Below are positions 56,938-64,000 of a stretch of DNA of 64,000 nucleotides, piece by piece. The notes below the pieces were generated by a model that saw only the letters and a program-made list of their open reading frames with translations, ran no database searches and was not told where the DNA came from. The stretch comes from Anaeromyxobacteraceae bacterium. GTDB taxonomy: Bacteria; Myxococcota; Myxococcia; Myxococcales; Anaeromyxobacteraceae. The stretch lies in assembly GCA_032654565.1 (NCBI GenBank), contig JAULAX010000017.1, forward strand, positions 480,001-544,000, written 5' to 3'. The position numbers and the translations under genes were made by a program. Each line of letters begins with the position of its first letter. The first letter of the stretch is position 1.

Positions 56938-57378
56938 GTGAAGAACGAGCCCCACGCCATCCGAGGTCCCGGGGGAGAGCTGCCCCTCCGTCGCGACGAC
57001 GAGGCCGGCTCGGATCTGCTCATGCTCATCGACGGCGAGACCAGCGGCCGGCCGCTCGACGACGTGCTCAACGAGTTCGGGCGCTCCCGCAGCACCTACT
57101 ACGAGAAGCTCCGCCGGTTCCGCGAGGAGGGGGTCGAAGGGCTCCTCTCCCGCCCGCCCGGCCCGCGGACGGCCTGGCGCCGCCCGCTCGAGGTCGTCCG
57201 GTTCATCGTCCGGGCCCGGCTCCGCGACCCCGACCGCAGCGCCGCGCTGATCGCCGGCGACCTGCTGCGCCAGGGGCACGCCGTGAGCGTCCGTTCGGTG
57301 GAGCGCACCCTCTCGCAGTTCGGCCTGACGCGCGCCAGCGTCGGGGACGGCGAGGCCAGTGGCGAGCAGCGGAGCTAG
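56938..57378 (+). CDS. Helix-turn-helix protein (resembles a transposase N-terminal DNA-binding region only)
   Basis: FGRSRSTYYEKLRRFREEGVEGLLSRPPGP...VSVRSVERTL; no DDE domain. Confidence 0.7.
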   Translation: MKNEPHAIRGPGGELPLRRDDEAGSDLLMLIDGETSGRPLDDVLNEFGRSRSTYYEKLRRFREEGVEGLLSRPPGPRTAWRRPLEVVRFIVRARLRDPDRSAALIAGDLLRQGHAVSVRSVERTLSQFGLTRASVGDGEASGEQRS

Positions 57379-57382
57379 GCCG

Positions 57383-59770
57383 ATGCGTCGCGCCGCCGGC
57401 CCGCGCCACCTGCTCCTCCTGCTGGTGGCGTGGCCCACGCTGGCCACGGCCGGCAACTTCCCCACCCGCCAGGGCCAGTCCGGTCTGCTCGACGTCCCCG
57501 ACGCCGAGGTCATTCCGAGGCGGACGGCGCTGCTCGGCCTCGAGCTCGGGTACGACCACGCCACCGGGACCCCCGACCACGCCGGCCCCCTGCCGCTCTC
57601 CCTGGGCGTCGGACTCGGCCGGCTGGAGTGGGCGCTCTCGGCCCGGCAGTCGGGCTTCCCGGGCGATCCCCGCCCCGCCCCCATGCTCTTCGGCACCGCC
57701 CTGAAGCTGGGGCTCCTCGAGGCCACCGGCCTCCGCCCCGGCGTCGCCGTCGACGGCTACCTCGACCGCTTCAACCGGGAAGGGGCCGGCGGCGGCCGCC
57801 TGCTCCTCTCCACCAGCCCTGCCGGGCGGCTCCGGCTGGCCGGCTTCGCCGGCTACGAACGGCAGGTCCACGGCTCGTCCGGCCTGACCGCCGGCCTGGC
57901 CGCCTCGGCCCGCCACTCGAGCGGCGCCGACCTGGTCCTCGAGGCGCTCACCACCCCCCGCGGGAAGCTCTTCGCCGCGGCCGTCCGCTACGACGTCGAC
58001 CACCGCCTCGGTGTCGGCCTGGTGGCCAGCTTCCTTCCGGACGACAAGGAGTACCGGATCGCGCTGGCCTTCGGCTTCCGCGCCGCGCCCGTCCGCCGCG
58101 CCGCGCCCGCCGCGCCGGCGATGGTCCTGCCGGTGGCGCCGCCGGCGCCGGAGCCCGAGCCGGCCCTGGCCATCGAGGACCGGCCGCGCTTCCGGCTCAA
58201 GGTCCGCTCCACCGATCCCGCCCGGCTCGGCCAGCCGCGCCACACCCAGTACGCCCCCTACACGCCGCCGCCGCTGGCCGGCGGCCTGGCCGCGCCGCCG
58301 CGCCTCTCCGCCCCCAGCGCCGAGGACGTCCTGGCCGCCCAGCTCCGCGACCAGGAGCTGCAGCTCGAGGCCCGGCTGAAGCGGCTCCGCGCCACCGAGG
58401 AGGGGCTCGACGGCGAGGAGGGGAACCTGGACGCCGACGGCCGGCGGCTCGACGACCGGGAGCGGGCCCTGACCGCCCGGGAGGCCCAGCTCGACTCCCG
58501 CGAGCGCCGCCTCGCCGCCCGTGACACCCCCACCGAGCCGCAGCGCCAGCTCGAGTCGCAGGAGGCCCAGCTGGGCGCCAGCCAGCGGCAGCTGGCCGCC
58601 CAGGAGCGCAGCTTCAACCCGACCCGCGAGGCGGCCCTGGGCACCGAGCGTGACGCCCGGAACCGCGAGCAGGGGGAGCGGGCCGTGGCCGACCGGCTGC
58701 AGGCCCAGGCCGACGCCGAGAAGACCCGGACCCGGCAGGGGGAGCTGCGCCGCCAGTCGCTGGCCGCCCGGGAGCGCATGACCGCCGCCCTGGAGACCCG
58801 CCTCAAGGCCCGCGGCGAGCGGGTCGACGCCGCCGGCCGCCAGCAGCGCGCCCGCACCGAGCGGGTCGACACCTGGCAGCGCCGCCTCGACGTCCGGGCC
58901 CTGCGGCTCGACCTGCTCGAGCAGCGGGCCGCCTCGCCGCAGCCCGGCGCCGGGCTCGGCGGACCCGCCCTCCCGCTCCCGGGCGGCCTGGCCAGCAAGG
59001 CCGTCTTCGTCATGGTGGTCATGACGCCCACCGCCATCGTCAAGGCGGCCGGAGACCGGACCGGACCGGCCGACCGCCAGCGCCAGCCGCCCACCACCGG
59101 CGGCGCGGCCGACCGGGCGGTGGCCGCGGCCACGGTGATCACCTTCGCCACCCCGGCGGCCACGCTCTCCGAGCTGGACCGCGAGACGCTCGAGGGGATC
59201 GCCCGGCTGGCCTCGAAGGAGGGCTGCGAGGTGCTGGTCTGGGCCCGGGCCAAGGATCCCGGCCAGATGGCCGAGGCCACCCGCCGCGCCGACCAGCTCA
59301 AGGCGCTGGTGGTCCGCTTCGGCGAGCTGCCGACCCGGCAGGTGGTCACGCGCATCACCACTCGCCCCGGGGCCCTGGGCGTGGACGTGGTGGTCTCGGC
59401 GCTGCGCGCCGGAGGCAAGCCCCGCGCCGACGCCGCCGTGGAGGCCGCCCCGGCCGGGCAGCTGGCCGACGGCGAGACCGCCAGGCGGCAGCTCCGCGAC
59501 GCGGTGGTGGCGGTCCAGCCGGCCATCGAGCGGTGCGTCACCGAGCAGATGACCCGCCGCGGCCTGTCCCGCGCCGACGGCGTGCTCAAGCTGACCGTCA
59601 GCCCGGCCGGGCGGGTCACCGGCGCCGCGGTGGGGAGCGGCGAGCTCGGCGGCGGCGACCTGGAGGCCTGCCTCAAGGTCAGCGCCGGCTCCTGGCAGTT
59701 CCCGTCGTCCGAGGGCGAGTACCTGGTGGACGTGCCCATCACCGTGGTCGGCGCCGGAGCCAAGCCATGA
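57383..59770 (+). CDS. Secreted multidomain envelope protein: beta-barrel-like N-terminus, coiled coil, OmpA-C-like region, AgmX/PglI (TonB-C-like) C-terminus
   Basis: Signal peptide; GQSGLLDVPDAEV followed by amphipathic strands; long E/R/Q/L heptad region; ITFA...ATRRADQLK; IERCV...LKLTVSPAGRV...EACL...WQFP. Confidence 0.6.
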   Translation: MRRAAGPRHLLLLLVAWPTLATAGNFPTRQGQSGLLDVPDAEVIPRRTALLGLELGYDHATGTPDHAGPLPLSLGVGLGRLEWALSARQSGFPGDPRPAPMLFGTALKLGLLEATGLRPGVAVDGYLDRFNREGAGGGRLLLSTSPAGRLRLAGFAGYERQVHGSSGLTAGLAASARHSSGADLVLEALTTPRGKLFAAAVRYDVDHRLGVGLVASFLPDDKEYRIALAFGFRAAPVRRAAPAAPAMVLPVAPPAPEPEPALAIEDRPRFRLKVRSTDPARLGQPRHTQYAPYTPPPLAGGLAAPPRLSAPSAEDVLAAQLRDQELQLEARLKRLRATEEGLDGEEGNLDADGRRLDDRERALTAREAQLDSRERRLAARDTPTEPQRQLESQEAQLGASQRQLAAQERSFNPTREAALGTERDARNREQGERAVADRLQAQADAEKTRTRQGELRRQSLAARERMTAALETRLKARGERVDAAGRQQRARTERVDTWQRRLDVRALRLDLLEQRAASPQPGAGLGGPALPLPGGLASKAVFVMVVMTPTAIVKAAGDRTGPADRQRQPPTTGGAADRAVAAATVITFATPAATLSELDRETLEGIARLASKEGCEVLVWARAKDPGQMAEATRRADQLKALVVRFGELPTRQVVTRITTRPGALGVDVVVSALRAGGKPRADAAVEAAPAGQLADGETARRQLRDAVVAVQPAIERCVTEQMTRRGLSRADGVLKLTVSPAGRVTGAAVGSGELGGGDLEACLKVSAGSWQFPSSEGEYLVDVPITVVGAGAKP

Positions 59771-61506
59771 GGAACTGCTCCCCACGGCGGCTGCTCCCGG
59801 CGACGCTGCTGGCGCTGCTGCTGGCCGCCCCCGCCGCCCGCGCCGAGGTCACGTACGGCGGCAACCTGGGCCTGACACTGACCCAGCAGGACACCTGGGG
59901 CGCGGGTGCCTCCTCGTCGAGCCGGATCGTCTGGTTCACCGGCGGGCTCCGGCTCGACGCCAGCCTCTTCTCGCCCGGCACGCTGACGCTGGGGGCCTGG
60001 GGCGACTACAAGGGGTACCGGGCCAGCGGCGGCAGCGCCTCCGACGGCCTCAACTACGGCCTCCGGCTCGGCGCCCTCGGCCGGACCCCGCTCCGCCTGG
60101 GCGCCGAGGCCTCACGCAGCACCACCGAGTTCACCAGCGACTCGAGCAACCTGCGGACCGGCAGCACGCGGGTGGACAGCGCCTCGGCCTCCGCGGCCCT
60201 GGTCCAGCCCGACCTCCCCTTCCTCTCGGCCACCGTGCGGAACAGCGCCATCGTCAACCGCTCGCTCGGCAATGCCCCGGTCCGGTCCGACTCCACCACC
60301 CTGGCCCTGGAGGCCGCCCAGAGCGTCGACTCGGCCAACTACCGCCTGACCTACGACACCGGCTGGGCCTCGGGCGACTACGCCGAGTCCAACTACCGGA
60401 ACCACCTGGTCACCTTCCAGTCCATGATGAACGTGTCCGCCGAGGTCACCGCCAAGGTGGACGCCACCTACTTCCTGCGGAGCCCGACGCTGGCCAGCGC
60501 CCTCAACCCCCGCATCGACACCCAGACCGTCACCTCCTGGTTCCGCTGGTACGGGGGCGCCGCCTCGTCCGGCGGCGGCGGCTACACCTACTCCAGCGCC
60601 CTCTTCGAGGTCCCCGGCGAGCCGGTGCGGGAGTCCATCGCCCATGCGGTGAACGCCTACGGCTCCCGCCAGCTCAACGACGAGCTGGGGCTCGACCTGA
60701 CCGCCGGGGCCACCTCCGCCCAGACGCGCGCCAGCGGGGTGACCGTCCAGTCCACCGGGGAGCAGGTCAGCAGCGGGCTGCGGTGGGCACGCCAGGGGCT
60801 CCTCTACCGGACCAGCGCCTCCCTGGCCGCCGGGGTCGGCGGCTTCCAGGCCCAGGGCGGCGAGAGCTCAGTGGCCTGGAACGTCGCCGCCGGCGCCGGC
60901 GCCTCCCGCCCCGTCTCCACCTGGCAGCTGGCCACCTCGCTCAACGCCTCCTACGACTCCAACACCGGCGCCAACGCAGGGAGCCGGGCCCGCGTCCTCG
61001 GCACCGTCACCGCCTCCGGCGAGCCGCTCGGCTGGAGCGTCACCAACCTCCTCAACCTGGGGTGGGCCCACACCGACTCACCGTACTTCGGCGCCAGGCG
61101 GGTGATCGATGCCCGGCTGGTCTCGCAAGCCTTCCGGGGTGGCTACGTCTTCCAGTTCAACGCCGGCCTCACCGACGACCTCTCCGAGGTCCTGGTCCCC
61201 GGAGCCGCCCCGGTCACCTCCCTGGTCCCGGTCGACTTCAACACCCAGTCCCGGTACGCCATCCTCTCGGCCACCGTCCCCACCATCCGCCGGCTCTCCC
61301 TCTCCGTCGTCGGCCGCCACGTCTCCTTCACAGCGCCGGGGCGGGGAACCCAGTGGGAGTCCGGCGTGACCGTCTCCGTCGGCTACGTCGTCGGCGCCTT
61401 CAGCATCTCCCTCTACGACCAGGTGACCACCGGCGGCAGCTCCTCGGGGGCGGCGGGGACGCAGAACCTCCTCTTCCTCTCGATCACCCGGTCCTTCGGG
61501 CGCTGA
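59767..61506 (+). CDS. Large outer-membrane beta-barrel protein
   Basis: Signal peptide ending ARA; S/T/G/Y-rich alternating strands throughout; C-terminal LLFLSITRSFGR. ATG overlaps the upstream stop. Confidence 0.75.
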   Translation: MRNCSPRRLLPATLLALLLAAPAARAEVTYGGNLGLTLTQQDTWGAGASSSSRIVWFTGGLRLDASLFSPGTLTLGAWGDYKGYRASGGSASDGLNYGLRLGALGRTPLRLGAEASRSTTEFTSDSSNLRTGSTRVDSASASAALVQPDLPFLSATVRNSAIVNRSLGNAPVRSDSTTLALEAAQSVDSANYRLTYDTGWASGDYAESNYRNHLVTFQSMMNVSAEVTAKVDATYFLRSPTLASALNPRIDTQTVTSWFRWYGGAASSGGGGYTYSSALFEVPGEPVRESIAHAVNAYGSRQLNDELGLDLTAGATSAQTRASGVTVQSTGEQVSSGLRWARQGLLYRTSASLAAGVGGFQAQGGESSVAWNVAAGAGASRPVSTWQLATSLNASYDSNTGANAGSRARVLGTVTASGEPLGWSVTNLLNLGWAHTDSPYFGARRVIDARLVSQAFRGGYVFQFNAGLTDDLSEVLVPGAAPVTSLVPVDFNTQSRYAILSATVPTIRRLSLSVVGRHVSFTAPGRGTQWESGVTVSVGYVVGAFSISLYDQVTTGGSSSGAAGTQNLLFLSITRSFGR

Positions 61507-61510
61507 GCTC

Positions 61511-62524
61511 ATGGGCGCCCCGCTCCACGCCGTCCTCCTCCTCGCGGTGACCGCCGCGGCGTGCAGCCACGCTCCCTCCGCCCCCACCTCGCGTGGCGCA
61601 CCCCCGGCCTGGCCCCGCCCGCCGGCCGCGCCCCGGGTCACCTGGGAGCGCGCCCTCCCCGATCCCGAACGGCCCGACCAGCGCTCCGGCTTCCGCAAGG
61701 TGGTCGACGCCATCCTCGGCCTCGAGCCGGGGGCCGGCGAGCCGGTGCTGGTCCGCCCGTTCGGCCTCGCCACCCTCCCCGGTCAGCTGCTCGTCGCCGA
61801 CCCCGACGGCCCGGCGCTGGTCCGCGTCGACCTGGCCAGCGCCGCCTTCACGCCGCTCGCCTGCGCCGACGGCGGCTGGGGCGCCCCCATGGCGGTGGCG
61901 GTCGGGCCGCAGGGCGCCCTCTTCGTGGCCGACGCCGGACTCGGCCAGCTGGTCAGGCTGGGGGCCGACGGCCGCTGCCAGCGCTGGGGGATCGGCAGGC
62001 TGGAGCGCCCCTCGGCGCTGGCGGTGCTGGGCGACCGGCTCTACGTGGCCGACCCGCCGCGCCACACCGTCGAGATCTTCGGCTTCGACGGCGCGCGCCT
62101 GGGCGGCTTCGGCGGCCGCGGCGACGGCGACGAGGGCTTCAACTTCCCCACCGGCCTGGCGGCGGCGCCCGACGGCACGCTGCTGGTGGTCGACTCGCTC
62201 AACTTCAAGGTGAAGCGGTTCGGCCCGGACGGCGCGCTGCGGTCGAGCTTCGGGGCGCCGGGCGAGGGGCCCGGGCTGTTCGTCCGGCCCAAGGGCGTGG
62301 CCACCGACGCCGCCGGGCTGGTCTACGTGACCGACACCCAGCGCGGGGAGGTGCTGGTCTTCACCGCGGCCGGCGCCTTCCTCCACGCCGCCGGGGAGCT
62401 GGGCGAGGGGCCGGGGCAGCTCTCGCTCCCGGCCGGGATCGCGGTGGACGGCGCCACGCTCTTCGTCGCCGACGGGCAGCACCGCCGCGTCGAGTCGTAC
62501 CGCCTCACTGGAGACCGGCCATGA
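61511..62524 (+). CDS. NHL-repeat beta-propeller lipoprotein (second copy)
   Basis: Lipobox AAA-C; WPRPPAAPRV; RPFGLA, RPSALAV, FNFPTGLA, RPKGVA, LPAGIAV. Confidence 0.9.
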   Translation: MGAPLHAVLLLAVTAAACSHAPSAPTSRGAPPAWPRPPAAPRVTWERALPDPERPDQRSGFRKVVDAILGLEPGAGEPVLVRPFGLATLPGQLLVADPDGPALVRVDLASAAFTPLACADGGWGAPMAVAVGPQGALFVADAGLGQLVRLGADGRCQRWGIGRLERPSALAVLGDRLYVADPPRHTVEIFGFDGARLGGFGGRGDGDEGFNFPTGLAAAPDGTLLVVDSLNFKVKRFGPDGALRSSFGAPGEGPGLFVRPKGVATDAAGLVYVTDTQRGEVLVFTAAGAFLHAAGELGEGPGQLSLPAGIAVDGATLFVADGQHRRVESYRLTGDRP

Positions 62525-64000
62525 AGCTGCTGATCCTGCTCACCGCCCTCGCCGCCCCCGTCGGCCCGGAGGCCCCGCGCCTCACCAACGACGCCGCGCG
62601 GCCGCCGCCCGGCGACGCCCCCGCGCCGGGCGCCACCCGGCCCGCCCCCGCCCCGAGGGGCACGCCGGCCCAGCTGCTCCGCGCCGCCGGCTCGCCGCTC
62701 GGCGTCGTCGGCGGAAAGCACGACCTCTCCACCAGCGGCCCCGGCCCCTTCAAGTCGGACGTCGAGGCCAACGCCTGCGCCTTCTGCCACGTCCCCCACG
62801 GCATCCGCGCCGACGGCCGCCCCGACGAGTCCTCGCCCATCACCCCCTACGCCAGCTCCACCAGCCAGGCCAGGACCACGACGCGCCCCACCGGCTCGTC
62901 CCGCATCTGCCTCTCCTGCCACGACGGCACCATCGCCCTCGGCCAGACCCGCAAGCGGCTCATCCAGCTGCGGGCCAACGCCCCGGGCGGCCGGCTGCCG
63001 GCCGGCCACCGCGCCAACCTGGGCACCGACCTGCGCGGCACCCACCCCATCTCCTTCGTGCCCTCCCCGTCCCGCACCGCCCACCCGCCGCCGCCCGGCG
63101 ACGACGTGGCCCTCGACAAGCGCGGCGAGCTGCAGTGCATGGCCTGCCACGACCCGCACCGCGAGACGCTGCCGGCCACCGGCGAGGGGAACTTCCTGGT
63201 CAAGTCGACGCAGCGGGGCGCGCTCTGCCTCACCTGCCACGACGCGGCCCGGCTGGAGGCGCCCGACGGCGCCCACGTGGTCTCCACCGCCGCCATCACC
63301 GACCCCGCCTCGGGCCGGGCCACCACCCTCTCCGAGCTCCGCTGCGCCGCCTGCCACGTGCCGCACAACGGCGACAAGCGCGGCCGGCTGGTCCGCCCCT
63401 CCGACCAGGGGGACGACGCCATGTGCCTCGCCTGCCACGACGGCCGGGTGACCCGGCTGGACCTGGGCGCGGCGGTGCGGCGCCCCTTCGCCCACGCCGC
63501 GCCGATCTCCGGCCCCTCCGGCCACGACCTGGCCGAGGGGCCCACCAGGGCCCAGCCGCTGCCGGAGACCAGCCCGGGCGCCGCACGCCACGTCACCTGC
63601 GCCGACTGCCACGAGCCGCACCAGGCCACCGGCCGAAAGGCCTCGGTGGCCCCGGGGATCCAGGGGGCCATGTCCGGCGCCTGGGGCATCGACCGGAGCG
63701 GGGCGCGGGTCGACCCGGCCCGGTTCGAGTACGAGGTCTGCTTCAAGTGCCACGCCGACAGCGCCAACCAGCCCCAGGCGCGCGCCACCGTGGGGGCCAG
63801 CGCCCCCCGCCGGGCCTCGCTCGAGGTGAACCTGCGGCGCACCTTCGATCCCGCCGGCCCCTCGGCCCACCCGGTGCTGGGGCCCGGCCGCAACCCGACG
63901 GTCCCCAGCCTGATCCCGCCGCTCACCGGCTCCTCGGTCATCTACTGCAGCGACTGCCACGCCTCCAACGACACCCGGGCCAGCGGCGGCGCCGGGGCGC
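62521..64000 (+). CDS. Multiheme cytochrome c (9 or more CxxCH; runs off the window end) with an OmcE-like N-terminal module
   Basis: Manual translation from ATG 62521 gives KHDLS, CAFCH, CLSCHDG, NLGTDL..HPISF, CMACH, CLTCH, CAACH, CLACH, CADCH, CFKCH, CSDCH. Not in the ORF track. Confidence 0.92.
   Translation, partial: MKLLILLTALAAPVGPEAPRLTNDAARPPPGDAPAPGATRPAPAPRGTPAQLLRAAGSPLGVVGGKHDLSTSGPGPFKSDVEANACAFCHVPHGIRADGRPDESSPITPYASSTSQARTTTRPTGSSRICLSCHDGTIALGQTRKRLIQLRANAPGGRLPAGHRANLGTDLRGTHPISFVPSPSRTAHPPPPGDDVALDKRGELQCMACHDPHRETLPATGEGNFLVKSTQRGALCLTCHDAARLEAPDGAHVVSTAAITDPASGRATTLSELRCAACHVPHNGDKRGRLVRPSDQGDDAMCLACHDGRVTRLDLGAAVRRPFAHAAPISGPSGHDLAEGPTRAQPLPETSPGAARHVTCADCHEPHQATGRKASVAPGIQGAMSGAWGIDRSGARVDPARFEYEVCFKCHADSANQPQARATVGASAPRRASLEVNLRRTFDPAGPSAHPVLGPGRNPTVPSLIPPLTGSSVIYCSDCHASNDTRASGGAGA

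Noticed and set aside
56938..57378. Intact insertion sequence
   Set aside because: There is no DDE catalytic domain, terminal inverted repeat or target duplication.

Overview
This is a very GC-rich bacterial window. Gene content (sigma54 two-component system, RpoH-box sigma factor, DUF4388-type regulator, AgmX/PglI-type domain, multiheme cytochromes) points to Myxococcota, probably an Anaeromyxobacter relative (inference). 1-38 kb is mostly core: mutY, Fe/Mn SOD, mtgA, two nucleotide-sugar SDRs, a 2-oxoacid:ferredoxin oxidoreductase, a queD-folE-SDR-FAD oxidase operon, tRNA-Val and typA. The thrS-infC-rpmI-rplT-pheST-ihfA block is split by a leuACDB-ilvBNC operon carrying an unannotated Leu leader peptide. 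38.5-45 kb is a glycosyltransferase/methyltransferase cluster, followed by an orphan rplC with its own promoter. The highlight is 48-64 kb. A histidine kinase with a periplasmic CxxCH motif and an NtrC-type activator lie divergent from a sigma54-driven cluster. That cluster encodes a 17-heme cytochrome, a double-parvulin PPIase, two NHL beta-propeller lipoproteins, a tetraheme homolog of the Geobacter nanowire subunit OmcE (with its own sigma54 promoter and terminator), a lone HTH protein, a putative trans-envelope barrel/coiled-coil/TonB-C-like protein, a large beta-barrel, and a further cytochrome (9 or more hemes) whose N-terminus is itself OmcE-like. Together this is a candidate cytochrome-nanowire assembly system outside Geobacter. 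All calls come from reading motifs by eye; no searches were run.
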